From: Camelus ferus
Taxonomy: Eukaryota
Assembly: GCF_009834535.1 (NCBI RefSeq)
Contig: NC_045696.1
Coordinates: forward strand, 95,606,001 to 95,670,000
Direction of reading: 5' to 3'
DNA: 64,000 bases
The position numbers were made by a program, and so were the translations under genes. This document shows, piece after piece, positions 50,541 to 63,998 of the stretch (the stretch's first letter is position 1; every line of letters starts with the position of its first letter). The notes below the pieces were generated by a model. The model was given only the letters and a program-made list of their open reading frames with translations, did no database searches and was not told where the DNA came from.

Positions 50541-52489
50541 TGCTCTCTGATTGCTGGGGCGCTTAAGGAGGTGACAGTGCTCCCTGACTCGTAATCAAGT
50601 GCTTGCCTTTGTTTTCTGACCTTTCCTAGGTTCTCCTGACCCTCGGCTTTTCCTCAATATTGTAGCTTAACTCCTTCTGTCTAGAATCTGAGCCCCATGT
50701 CTGTGATTCACCGTTAGATATTCTCTTGGTGGGGTGCATGAAGGTAGAGTTATTAATGGATGTGAAAAAATGCAGATTCAGTTTGGACTTGTGTAACAAT
50801 GTAGAAATTAAGACATATGATATATAAACTAAGAAAAATATATATAGCAATTCTTGATTTTCACAAGAGGGTGTGTGTGTGTGTGTGTTTAAGATAAATT
50901 ACAAATCCTGAGGCAATTTTTTATCCTTATCTAGTATAATACACTGCTGCCTACGCCAGTCTGTTTTTAAAGAATGCAAATTAATTTTAATATTGGAGTA
51001 AGACATTTTCATGGAAGGAAAATCTGTTTTTAAAATGTCATTTAATTCAAATTTCATTTGCATTCCACTTTGAATAGCATTGCCTGTGGCATTGCTTCCT
51101 CTAATAGCATAGATGGCAGAAATGTGTTCATACATTCACATGTTTTATATTCCTTAATCTTTGGTACTGTCAACTGAGACAGTTTTAACTATTGAGATTG
51201 CAAGGTATGTGTAGAACTGACCTATTTAACTGCTCTCAGTAAACAAGTCCAGGAAATTCAGGGTCATGAGAAATTCATTAGTCATGACCTTGAAGAGTTA
51301 ATGTAGCAAAGAAAATCAGGAAGAAAGATCTTATCGACAACAGGTTATTACTCAACATCAGTTTTTGGCAAGAGGCAAAAATATTAAAAGGTAAAATAGA
51401 AAGCTTTTTCAGCACTATTCCTTATTAATGTACTTAATACATTAATGGCTGTTACATACATTAAAGGTTGTACAGGCCAGCATAGGGGTGATGGTTATCC
51501 TGGCCACCACAGTCTCTGTGGGAATCTGCACATTCTGCAAGGACTTATCAGAAACTTGGCCTCTGAAATTACACTAGAATAGAAATAACAACTCTGTTTT
51601 GTCTCACTGTTTTTCATTAATTGCAACATCAGGGCAGTAAACCTTTAAATAACTAAGTTTTAAATTAAATTAACTAAGCATTGGCTATTAAAAAACCAAG
51701 TGCTAAAGACTGATGAAAAGGAAAAATGAGTGGAGAGATTTAACAGATATCATCAAGTCTTACTAAGGTAGCAGTGGCAAGACATTTTCTTGTCAGAGCC
51801 AGAGTTATATACAGTAATCCATCTAAATGCTAACTTGTTATAAATTCTGTGGTCTTGGGGAAATATAATAAGAAATTAATTCATGCCTGAAATCTCATAC
51901 CATCTTTGTTTCCCCTTGGGTTAGAGTTTTGAAATCTAATAAATGCAAATAAGTCTCCCTGAAAGGTAGTGCCACCCAGTCACTGGTACAAGGTTGCTTG
52001 ATGGAGAAGCAGAGCAGGGTAGTGTGAATGAGATCGTGAGGCAGAGTCACTCCTCAAGTTCTTATGTGCTGCTTTGCTTGGGGGTTGCCAGTTCATTACA
52101 CCAGCATGAATGAACTTCTGAAGCAGATTTTCCCGGAGGAAAAAGAGAGAACGAAATAGAGTTGGACCACACCAAAAGAAAATAAAGACATGCAGCAGGT
52201 AAACATAGCTGTACAAAATCATACGGAGAGCACAGTATTTAAGGACAGGGATTTTAGAATCACTCATGCCCAGGCTCAAATCCTTCATCCATTTACCATT
52301 TGTAAGAGACAAGATATATAAGCATTTTATGACATGGTTTCCTCAGCTGTACTGCTAGGGTTATGGGTAGGGTTAAAAAAAAGAAAACGAGTGTCATGGG
52401 CATAAGTACATGCTTTAACTCCACAAACATAGGAAGCATTAGGCTGTTGGTAGCTAACATTAAGTCTATTATTACCATCATCGCCTCCA

Positions 52490-52720
52490 GCATGGAGTGT
52501 GGATTCTGAAGTCAGACAATTAGGTTCAAATTCTTTCTTCTTCACTTACTAACTCTGTAGCCCTTGGCAAGATATTTACCCTTGATGTGTCTTGATCCAT
52601 AAAATGAAGATAGTAAGATCTACCTTGTGAATCCGTTAAGAGGATTCAATGATTTAATACGTGTGGGCTATTGGAACCACTAGATCCTGTAAATAGTAAG
52701 CACTCTAAATGTTAGTTGAT
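52490..52720 (+). mobile_element. MIR
   Basis: ggattctgaagtcagacaattaggttcaaatt..cacttactaactctgtagcccttggcaagatatttacc..aaaatgaagatagtaagatctacct. Confidence 0.82.
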
Positions 52721-53274
52721 ATTCTGTCTGTATAATTTTAAATGGTGTTGAGAAACTCCGAATAGGAGACCAGTGGCAATTTGAATATAAGAGAGGGTGC
52801 TTTTAGCGCAGACGAGAGGGTGTTTTTTTTTTTTCTTTCTTTTTATATGACTGTCCAAACTAACCTCAGGTGCCTAAATATTAGGATTATTTTTTTTTTT
52901 AATTAAGACTGTTATGCTTAAAGCAGTACTTACAGTCACAGAATCTCCAAGTAGGAGGGAACTTAGTGGTTATCCAGACCAATCTGAGACAGGCACACTT
53001 TTTACAGTACCTCCAACCACACAGCCCATCCAGTTTTCAGACAGTCATAGGAAAATTTTCTTCTTGCCTGAAACTGAACATCATCTCAATTCCCTTCTAG
53101 CCACTGGACAAGTTCAGCCCTAGAAAACATCACAGACTAAATATAGTTTCTCTTCCTTATGAAAATTATTCAAATATTTGTAAATAGCATCCATATCCTA
53201 CACCTCTCTCCCGTATGTTAGGCTGAGTTTCTCTTTTCTTGAAGCTAAGGTCCATCCACTGTTGCTTGTATAAG

Positions 53275-53470
53275 AGCAGTATGGAGTTCTCTGGAAACAG
53301 ATTGAGTGGACATCAAATTTCCATGTGCTTAACTTGGGCAGTTTATTAGATTCCTCTGATCCTTTACTGCCTCGTGGAGATGGAAGTCATTAATACCTAA
53401 TTTTAAAAGTTGCATTAGGTATTAAATCTATATAACACCAGACACAACATAGGTGCTCACTGATAACAGT
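53275..53470 (+). mobile_element. MIR fragment
   Basis: aacttgggcagtttattagattcctctgatcctttactgcctc...cacaacataggtgctca. Confidence 0.6.
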
Positions 53471-53699
53471 AACTCTCTTGATAATTATTGTTTTATATAG
53501 AATGTTTCTCCTGCTATTCTTGGCCTTCTTTGATGAAAGTGTTCAGTGTATCAACATGTAGAAGAGGGTAAAATAATTACTTTCCTTTTTTTGTACTATT
53601 CCTAGATGTGGCCTAATCTTAGATTTTAAGATTTAAACATCATGAAGACCCTTGAAATCACTTCTAAGTAATAAATTTGGTGAAAGCTGCAGAATGCTT

Positions 53700-53900
53700 A
53701 AGAAGTGTCATTCACTGTGTTAAGGGCATTAGGTACATCACACGCTGTCTCCATTACAATAATTCTATGAGGTGAAAGGCCATTATTATCCTCATTTTGT
53801 AGAAATGCAAGCTGAAATTTAGTGATACTAAGAAACTTGTGCAAATTCACATAGCTGGTAAGTAGCAAAACTAAGATTATAATCCAAGTCTCTCTGATTT
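53700..53900 (-). mobile_element. MIR fragment
   Basis: caataattctatgaggtg..attattatcctcattttgtagaaatgcaagctga..aaattcacatagctggtaagtagcaaaac. Confidence 0.75.
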
Positions 53901-54589
53901 TCCTTTAATCCTCTTCTCTGTTACCTTTCCTTCACTTATGGTATGAATTGATTAATATTAACTATAGCAAGAATGGTGCCATCTCCCCAGTTTGCTCCCA
54001 TAAAAACAGACAGAGAAACTAGGATAATAAAATCAAAATTACATGTAAAATGTCTACAACCAAGCTAAGAGCAAAGTATCCCCATAAAGCCCACAGTATA
54101 AGTGGGAAAATGTTCACAATACTGAAGTGGGAGGAAGTAGATGGAAGCAATGAGGTGTCTGATGGATCTGAAAAGGGGAGAAACTTAAACTGCCAATAAT
54201 TACTCACTGAAAGTGTGATGGGCTTATCTGAGAACAGCAGTAGCAACTGGGGAGGAGAGTGATTCTTAAACGCTGTATCTTGAGTTAAGCACAAGGGGCT
54301 CATGGTCGGTTGTGAAGTTGCTGGTACAATTCAGGGTCCCACGAATTTTTTTTTTTTTTTTTGAAATTAATCAACTGAAGCTGTCTTCTGGGATAAGGTC
54401 CTACTCTGATGGGAAACTTCTGGCATAGAATCCAAATTGAGAAGGACAGTGTCAGTGGGAATAAAGGAAAGAGAAGTTCCAGAGAAAAAGAATGGGTGGA
54501 TAGGAAGGCAGAGCCGGAAGATCTCAGGATGTATGTGCAATTTTTTAATTTACTTTACAGAAAACAGAGAAGAGAAGGCTGTAGAGCTG

Positions 54590-54948
54590 GGGGGTTCAAA
54601 ATGGCCCCATTCATACAGTTGCCTGCCATTTTCAGGAGTCTTAGCTGGGACTCTCACCAGGGGTCTTGATTCTTCTCCACGTGGGTCTGTCATTAAGGCT
54701 TCTTGGACTTCCTCAAGCCTCATGGCTGAGTTTTAAGAAGACCCAAGAAGAAAGCAAAAAGCAGAAGCTGTCATTTCTCTTAAGTCCTGTGCTTAGAAAT
54801 TCCAAGAAACCACTTCCACTGGTCAGTCACAAGATGAACCCAGATTCAAGGTACAGGGAAATAAACTCCATCTCTCAAGAAGAGAGTGCCACATTCGTCA
54901 CATAAAAAAAGAACTGATGAAGGCCATCTTTGGATACTATATACCATA
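54590..54948 (-). mobile_element. MLT1-type MaLR LTR fragment
   Basis: ttctccacgtggg..cttggacttcctca..catggctgag..gtcacaag..cccagattcaagg..aactccatctct..ggccatctttgga. Confidence 0.72.
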
Positions 54949-54959
54949 TATGCTTATAT

Positions 54960-57085
54960 TAAAAATGCAAATAATGAACCTAAAAAGGTGTGCAGTTGTT
55001 GATATAACTATGCTGAGAGAAACTACTCCAAAAGTCTTTAAAGACTAAAATATAGTAATAGCTTATACATCTTTAGCAGGCATATTTTAAGGACAAAAAT
55101 AACCACAAAGTAAAATATATCTTAAAATTATTTTAGAAATCAAATTACGCATGGTGGTATTGATATTAGCCATCTGGGACTTGTATGTAAGCTAGAAAAA
55201 TTATATGACATCAAATTTATCAGTCTTTATGTTAAGAATCAGGATTCTTGGCATGGGAAAAAGAAAGCAGTATAAACTCGTGGTGATAAAATAAACTCAT
55301 TTTTTTTCTTATGATATATTTTAACTTAGAAAGTATTGTCCAGTAAAAATTCCTGAAAAAATGAGCAACCTATAAGAAACATACATTTAGCACTTAATTG
55401 AAATATTATGTTTCCCTAAAAAGAATGAGAGTGCCTTGAGAAAATGGCTGATTCTAGTGGTAAGAAATGTGCAAGATGGGTATACCAAACAGCAAGAAAA
55501 TCATCAAAGACATAAAAAAAAAAAATCATACCAAAAGTATTCAGGAGCCCACTTGAGGAACTTATCAGTGGCCAAATAAGGGACAATTTGGTCATAAACA
55601 AAGATATAACTATAATTAATTTAAACATATCACATAGTTTAAATCTATGAGTTCCTAATAATAGTTAAAAAAAAAACCTTATGGCTCAATATTGGAGGAT
55701 GCTAGGAAACCAGCTTATTATTTTTAAAACTTGTAAATAAAAGAACATGCATTTATCCTTTCTCTTCTACATGTATTTGGTTACTCCTGGGTAACTATAT
55801 AGCAGATGTGTAATGTGCATCTTTATAGACATATTGCAGTTAATAAATAAAGAAGGAATATTATATTTAAGATACCACCATATTTCAGTTCTCCAAAGAA
55901 TGAATGTATTCATTCATAATTAATGGCTTCTAATATCACAGAATGGAGAGAACTGGACATTACATATCTCCTGATGAAAGAACAAAACAGCATCTATGAA
56001 GTAGTCTTACAAACGCAACCAAGAAAAAAGTAGGCATCAAATTGATTAAGTCTCTGGATTCAAAATCCAATTTATAAGAAACTCAGTAATCAGAGGAACA
56101 TTTAAATGGCAGTCACAGGGATGTAGTCAGCAAGATTCAGACCAGGGGAAAATCTATAGAGTGAGCAACCTAATATATTACACAAATAAGTTACAATGAA
56201 ATAAAAAATATAGAGAAACCTAGAGATTTTTAGCGACATTAATCAGTTACAATGTGTAATCCCAATTTGAAAAAGTGAAAACCAATTTGGTTTACACACA
56301 TACACTATATTGCATATACATACACATGCATACACATTATACATATATGTATTTATTATACATTATACACTTTATGATAAATATAACATTTTTTGACAGA
56401 ATTGGAAATTTTAAAACAGGATATTTGATATTCAATGATAGTTTAAGAATATTGCTCAGTAATTTTTGATGTAATAATTGCATCTAAATGTCAAATATCA
56501 ACACATATTCATTTCTCTTTCCCCAATATTTGTGCATTGTCTGGCAAGCACTGTCTCAGGCGTGGCTTGTATTTAAATGCATTCCATGAGTTTCTCAGTC
56601 TCCTTAGATCACATATTCTTCTAATGGCAGACAGAAGGAGCACAGAGGCCAGACTTAATCTCACAGTACTATATAGTCTTTGTTGCTGTCATGAGTACTA
56701 ACATTCCAAGCTATTTTCATGGCCAAGTTCAATACCCATAGATGAGGACATAAACTGTCGACAGGGGAGAAACTGTAAAGTCACATGATAAAGATCATGA
56801 ATGTGTAATTCTAAAATAAAGTAGAAATGAAGACATGGGAACAATAACTCATTCTACCTTATACTTATAATCATTTTAAAAATAAGTTCTCATCTTCTAG
56901 CGGTAAATATTAACATTTATGGGTTAAATGATATGACGCTTGGCATTTACTTCAACATGATAAAAGGCTAGGGTACTGATAAAACAAGCTCTTCCATGAA
57001 TTGATAAATTTTGTAGCTATATGATGGGAACATTGAGAGTTCATGTTACTATTATTTATTGTAAGTTTACTTTTTGCTACAAAAT
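54960..57085 (+). mobile_element. Very old L1 (L1ME-like) 3'UTR fragments, with a probable MLT1 piece at ~56540-56860
   Basis: Degenerate motifs such as cagcatctatgaagtagtctt, atttgatattcaatgat and ttcatgttactatt. Boundaries are approximate. Confidence 0.55.
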
Positions 57086-59929
57086 GAAGATTTCAGAATA
57101 ACTGAAAAACAAATGCTTGATGTCTTTCATCAATATTTATAAACCATAGAATTGTGAGCAAATATTTGCTAAACATTCTTAGATATGCAAATAGTTTTAA
57201 ATACCATCTTTGAGAAGAAGGATTTCTTAAAAATGAAGTAATTCTGACTTGTGAAAGGCCAGATGACAGATAAAGTATGTTTGCTCTTTCTGAAGAACTT
57301 CTGAGTCATACATGCTAAAAATATAAATGACTAATGTTTCCCAATAAAACCATTTCAATTCTATGAACACGATGCATCTACAATCACCTATTTAATGATT
57401 ACTCAGTGATCTGGAAAAATGAATGATCGTTTGTTTTTTCAGCATATCACAATTACTGAATGCAACAAACAATAAAATTCTAATCCCCTTTCCCTACCCA
57501 TACTCTACGTAATCCAATTGCTGCCTAATTTACGAACTCCTTTTATTCTGTTTCCAAGATCATCCAATCATGTCACATTTTTGCTTAATGATATAATGCT
57601 ACACAGGTTATTTATTCCATTTTATTTATCTAAATTTCAAGACATGTTATTTATAACTTATAATGTACATTAAGCTCACATTAAGTCCTTTAGGTATCAT
57701 GTTATCAGCTTTGTCTTCATTACTCTACAAAAGCTCACACTATACCTTCCAAAAATGTGAAAAAAAAAGAGATGAAAAAATGTTTGCGGTTTTATAAATA
57801 ATGCTTTTCCTAATTACCAGACATTTAGAACTGATATTTCTTCCCAACTCATTGAGTCTGAATCATAATTCCTTAAATAACAATAAAAGCAATGATAAAA
57901 ATAATGCAATAGTCCAACAAATGAAAATATTTAGTCAGGAGTATTTTGTGCAGTAGAAATTATCTAAATAACACTGATTTAAAAATAAATTATACTTTTG
58001 ACTCTTAACTTGATCCCATGTGTGACCTGCATATGAAAAACTTATAATTTATATTTATAGATAACTGAACACAGTTTTAGTGATATTTACAAACTATACC
58101 TGACTAAATGGGAGTGTACTGGAACTGAATTTGAAAGTAACAGTCAGGGCTCTCCAGAACTCCTTTTCAAATCTCCTGGCAGGGATTAGAAAGAAAAGAT
58201 TTCAAACAGCTGCCTGTGATTTATTCTCTCCTGTTTCGGGAAGTGAAGAGGCACCTGGGAAAGGAAAAGGCTAGTGACAACCTGGTCTCATTTTGTACAC
58301 ATGGTAACCTGACATCCAGGCAAACAGACTAATGATATTCACTAGCGAGTGCTTATTTGTGGAATACTTTTAGCAGAATTTCCAAGGTTTAGGATTGACA
58401 TTATAGTTAATAAAGCTAGAATCTGGCTTTATGAAGCCTGGCTTCCTGTGAAATGTCACATATGCTGTATCTAGGACATACAATGTCAATCTATGGCAAT
58501 CTAAATGCCAACGTGCCCTGCAAACTTTCTTAGATCCCTCATCTATTCCTTTGGGTCAGAAGATGGCCCACTGGGAGAAGGAAGGACTGGGGGAGATGTT
58601 CTCAATGTTCCAGAGCTTTCCCTGACTTGCCTATCCCCTCTGGTTGCACATAACCTTGAAAATATTAGTAAACCTTGATACTGGGTATGGTCTTTATTCA
58701 TTTTATTTGATCTATTTATTTGTGTCAGACTGATTTAACAGTATTTTAAACCACTTAAACACTGTCTAAATTAAATCATGGGACTTCCCAATAACTGTTT
58801 TGAACTATGTGATTCAGAAATACAGTAATGAACACTAAAGCGCTAACTAGTTAGTTATAAGACCAAAACAAGTATCTTCCTTTTCATAAGTAATTGTAAA
58901 CAATAATTAGTAAAGAGATTAGAAACTACTTTTAAGAAATATAAATTTTACTGATTGTTACACCTAGACTGATAAATCAAAAAATTGTTTAAGTGTGTTA
59001 TATACTGAATATTCTGTCTGTGACCTCTACAAAGGAAACCATAGTGACAAAATGAGATTGCTTGCTGTAATTGATAATGGGATAGATATTTCTATATTTT
59101 GGCATTAAAATTTGGAGGCTGCACACTGGGGATTTTTTGAAGAGGAACAGACATTCAAAGTGATTCCTTCACCTCAGAAAGGGGCATGACATTTTTCAGG
59201 AATCTGAAAAAAATATTTTGAGGTATTTGTAGGTAATGTTGATCTCAAGCCCCTTTTTATGTATCTTGAGAAATACTGCCATAAACAGATGAAGTGTGAC
59301 ACTCTATCTCACTGATTTAATTATTTGATGCCATAATTAACATGATACCAGTATTTCTGAAATATGTCTCTTTATTGACAGGATAGCCATAAAATCTTGA
59401 AATGAGATTTGAAGATAAAATCAACTTTCCCTGTGTAAGAAGCATAGACATCAATTCAAGCTCAGAGAGAAGACATACATCAATGGATGAGAACGAAATT
59501 TTCTAGGAGGAAAGGCGTGAAGAAGAAGAGGGAGCTGAGAAGATGAATATTTAAGAAAGAGGTGGCTGGAGTAAGAGTGACAGTGCTGGCCGAGGAGTGA
59601 AAGAACAAGAGCAGGACGAAGTATGTCACGGGAATGATTTAACTGTTCAGTAAATTTTATTTTTTGTCTTTGTTTAAGCCTCCCCAAGATAACCCTTTTG
59701 GGGAAAGTCCTAGTGGGAAAACTCTTGAATGGTTCTATGGACACTGCATTGGAGGCTGAACAGCATCGCATACGTGTATGGTTTCTCTACTACCAGAGAA
59801 TGATCCCTCACTGGATTCGCCTGCAAATGTCTACCTTCCAGGCATATCCCTTTACCACTCAGCTCCCCCTTCTGTTGCCCTGACCGCCTGAATGGCAGCC
59901 CTCAGCAGGACTAGCGTCACCTCCAAATA

Positions 59930-60140
59930 ATCCCCCAGCCTACTAAGACTGAATTATTCCATGCACTTTTAGCAATTTGGGCACATCTCTATTTTTGCCC
60001 TGCACTTATGTCTATCTGTTTACATGTCTGTTTTCCCTATAGGACCATGAGCTAATTAAAGGCAAGAAGTATTTGCTATCCCTAGCTTAACCAATCACAA
60101 AATTTCTGGTAAACACTGGAAATAGTTGTTAAATAAGTAT
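59930..60140 (+). mobile_element. L2 3' end
   Basis: tctgtttacatgtctgttttccctataggaccatgagct..aaggcaaga..aaatagttgttaaataa. Confidence 0.65.
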
Positions 60141-60789
60141 ATTTTTATACAAGTGGCAAGTTGCTCCATGATTCTTCCTGTTTACATAATATGATTTTTA
60201 TCTTTATTTTAAACGTGTTTAGACTCCAAGGCACAGCTTGGTTTAAGACTTATCAGTCTCCTGCTATAGACAAAGTTTAATGAGAAAATGTCATCTAGGA
60301 ACTCAGTGATTGCATGATTGATGTCATGAGCCTTACTTTGTTACATGTATTAAATATACATGTATATATACTTATCTCTCTATAGCAAATTTGTATCTGT
60401 ATGTCAAGCCTTTCTCCAGGTCCACCAACTTGGGAGCACAAGTAGAATCAGAGAATAATGCTTTTTCTTGATTATGTTCCACCCACTCAGCATGTTTAAA
60501 ATCCTGCCCAAGTAGGTATTTTTGAAAGGCCACTGCAATGTCTGTCATTTAGGCTCATAAATATACTCATGTTTCCTTCTCCTCTTCTGTTGCAGATTCT
60601 TATTCATGGCATCCTGCTTGGATTGCTGAATAGAAGGTCAGAAATACTCAAAAGTAGTCTGAAGCTCCAGAGATAGATGGATTTATTTCCAGATTTTGGG
60701 AGAAGATGTATAAGAAAGACTTTAAGATGGAGTGATAGATGAGATGGACCTTAAAAGATGCTTAGATTTTTTTATACGTAGGCATAATA

Positions 60790-61000
60790 AAACAAGGGTG
60801 AGCATCCCAGTGTACCTAATGAAGAAACTTTTGAATAGAATGAAATGAAATAGCTGTCTTTGGCTGGAGGGTATAATCTGTGACAACAGCAGCAAGAGAG
60901 AACTGATAAAGAATAGGTGGGTCCAGATTGCCAAATGCTGGACCAAGAGGTTTAGACTTGATTCTGAAGACACTAGGGAACCAATAAAAGACATATACAA
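60790..61000 (-). mobile_element. L2 fragment, antisense
   Basis: ccaagaggtttagacttgattctgaagacactagggaacca resembles antisense L2. Confidence 0.55.
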
Positions 61001-62497
61001 AAGCCTAATAATATTTCCTTTGAAAACCAATCCAGAAAAGATTTCCATTATTTATTGTTTGTGATTTTTACAACCACCTAGTACAAACAGCAAACAGAAT
61101 AGCGCTTGTAATTGCAGTGCAGGTCTCTTTAGTCCATTAAGGATTAAGTCTCCACATGACAGATTTGAGCAAAAAAAAAAAAAAAAAAAAATCAAGAAAC
61201 GTGCTATAAAATTATTTAAGATTTTGGTTAAAAGACACATGTAAGCATTTATAGTTTAATAAGCTATTTTACTGTACTATTAGAAAGAGTCTACCCCTGC
61301 CTCAACTTGGGATAAGGGTGAGGCAAATCTAATTTCATCTTTACAAATTGAAACCAATGCATAAAATATAAGTTACAATTAAATTATATGTTGCTAAGTT
61401 GCAGAAATGACCAAATACTTCTTTTCTAAGACTGTTTTTGTGGACTTTTCTGGTGAAAAAATTCAGATTCTGTTTTCAGCTTATTATCAGGCAATTATAA
61501 AATTACATTGAAATTTTTAAAATATTGATAATAAAGGTAAAGCATGAAAAAAAAATCTTAAACCCTAATGTTAGGTAAGAAAATAAATCCTCTGTGGGTA
61601 ATGTGTTCTTATAATATTTCAGTGGGAACATTTTGGGTTTTTAGAATGTCAGAAAACAATGTTACTAGAGTACCTCAAAACAGGAAGGACAATGAATTTT
61701 ATGCCTTCGCTCTCATGTTCATTTTATCCTTCACATTACAGCCAGTGACTCAAGGAAAGGAGAGTAGACATGTGGACATGCACACACTTTTTGCATGTAA
61801 TAAATGAATTATCATGTGATACTTTTTGACTTAAAAAAACTAATGCAGCACTCTTTTTGTTCCCCTAAACTTGTTCTGTGGCATGGGTAACCCTTCTGGG
61901 ACAATCTATACTGACATGCACATAACTGTTCCTTATACTCTGCAAACTCATAAAGGGCATTTTGTTTAGAACATTTCCTTCAATGGTCTATGAAAATAAG
62001 GCTCATTCTAGATGTGAGTCACTCTCTCAAGATAAAGCTTTTCTTGTAAATCATCCCACTGCTTACCAAAAAAAAAAAAAAAAAAAAAGTGTGTATGGGT
62101 AGAAAAACTGTGATTTTCCCTCCAAAAGGGAAAAAAGAATAATTAACCCAATACATTTTGATATTACCACTTCATTCCTCTTAGTTGCGGATTTTATATT
62201 AATATATTTTAAATTTTACTATTTAATCAAGAGTAGCAAGACTAATGAACTTAATATGTTTCCATGCACTGACAATCAAATTGTGATCATAAAATGCCAG
62301 ATGGCACACTCATCATAAAAACAGTGCATTCACTTTCGTTTAGTCTTGTTCTGGGTTCCTGGTAGGTGCTTTGTGTTCGATAACTTTGGAATTTTTGTAG
62401 CTATCCTTCATATCTCTCTCTCATACTTTTAAAAGATCTCTTACACATAAGTTCCCTGAGAGCCAAGCTCAAACATGTCTCTCTCTTCATTAAACAT

Positions 62498-62503
62498 TTT
62501 ATT
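62498..62503 (-). terminator. Candidate SUCNR1 polyadenylation signal (AATAAA on the minus strand)
   Basis: TTTATT on the + strand ~620 nt past the stop codon. Another candidate lies at 61051-56. The context is AT-rich, so support is weak. Confidence 0.35.
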
Positions 62504-63125
62504 TAGGTTCTATTTAATATGACTCTTTGCATGAAAAACCATACAACAAAAAGGGTCTTAAAATTACAACTTGACCTCAATTTATGATCAATATAAAGAA
62601 GTATCATATAAGCATCTTTGAACTTGTTATATTGCTTTCTGTTCATCGTTGTTACTGTTTACCCTAAATTTGCTCAAGAGCACAACTTCTAACAATATTT
62701 AATAGCATATGTCTAATCTTCTGTTATTTGGTTCTCACATAAAGCTATACGATTGTATGAATAAAAATAATGTATGGAATGTTGCCAACAATTTTTTTTT
62801 GACAATCATACCAATAATTAAATGCAGACAAATTTCTGCTTTATCTATTTTCTATTCCTTTTGCACTGATTGAGAAGGTCTTCTAACACTTAGAATTTTG
62901 GACTTACGTGCTCAAACATTAGACAGTGAGAGTACAACTCCTTTCAACTTTCAGGTCAAAAAACCAGTAAATACTTCCCATCCTCTTCTCTTCACACTCC
63001 CTGGGTACAACATGGCTTTAAAACAGGGTCATGTCTGTGACCTTCCCTAATTTACATCTATGAGTTAAATCACACTCTGACTGGCTTACAGATGCCTGTG
63101 TAAAATGATCTGCTACACAAGCACC

Positions 63126-63998
63126 TCACTTTTCCCTGAACAAAAACGTTAGTCCGTGAGCCCATCTTCTAAAGAAAGTAAGGAACCTGAAGTGGTGCCT
63201 CAGTTTGTTCATCAACATCTCCCTGAAGTGATCTCCCATGAGGAAATAGAAGACAGGGTTGATGACACTGTTCAGGAAGGCCAAAGGCCGAGTCATGATG
63301 TACAAGGAGTTGATGATGACCTGAGTGCACGGGGACTGCGTCCAGATCCCCTGGTATGAAGCGATCCTCAGGTTCCGCATGATGTGGTAGGGAGTAAAAA
63401 GCACGGAGAAGATCACAACTGCCATGATGACTAAGTTGAGAGGCTTTTCAAGGGGCAAAGCAGTAGCAAGCTGCCTGCTCCTCTGCTTTAGGAAAAGAGC
63501 AATCTTGAAATAAAAGAAGCACATCACAAACAGAGGAATGAGAAACCCTAAGAAGGTTAGACACATGCCATAAATGAGGCTGTACTTGGGGTCCCCGGAA
63601 CTTGCATAATCAATACAGTTGGTGCCATTCTCAGCTGTATCAGGATTTAAAAGAGGAAGCATGGGCATGAGCTCTAAGGTTACCAAACCCCAAATGGCCA
63701 AAGAGAGTATAACTGCAGACTCTTTCCTTTGCAGGAGGTGTTCCCGGAAAGGATACTTCATGAGCAGGTATCGATCAATGCTGATAAAAGTGAGGAAAAG
63801 AATGCTGGTGTAGAGGTTGGCATGAAGCATGTATCGGTTGCTTATGCACAGCACGTACCCATATGTCCATTTTCCGAGGGCATAATATCTCATCAGCATG
63901 GGAAGGGTACACAAGAAAGCCAAGTCAGAGATTGAGAGGTTAAAGAGATAGATGTTACTGCTGGTCCAGTTCTTCAGACAGGAGAGGTAGCCAAAAAC
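63126..63998 (-). CDS. SUCNR1: Succinate receptor 1 (GPR91), class A P2Y-like GPCR; 5' end outside the window
   Basis: The frame is open to the window edge and adds VFGYLSCLKNWTSSNIYLFNLSISDL upstream of the track ORF, whose 'M' is an internal Leu (TTG). It has DRY, ISNRYMLHANLYTSILFL, ASSGDP, ATALPLEKPL, TRPLAFLNSVINPVFYF and the C-terminal FREK characteristic of SUCNR1. TGA at 63126-28. Confidence 0.97.
   Translation of the reverse strand, partial: VFGYLSCLKNWTSSNIYLFNLSISDLAFLCTLPMLMRYYALGKWTYGYVLCISNRYMLHANLYTSILFLTFISIDRYLLMKYPFREHLLQRKESAVILSLAIWGLVTLELMPMLPLLNPDTAENGTNCIDYASSGDPKYSLIYGMCLTFLGFLIPLFVMCFFYFKIALFLKQRSRQLATALPLEKPLNLVIMAVVIFSVLFTPYHIMRNLRIASYQGIWTQSPCTQVIINSLYIMTRPLAFLNSVINPVFYFLMGDHFREMLMNKLRHHFRFLTFFRRWAHGLTFLFREK

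Noticed and set aside
63156..63935. Plus-strand ORFs overlapping SUCNR1
   Set aside because: Short antisense shadow ORFs of the real coding exon.
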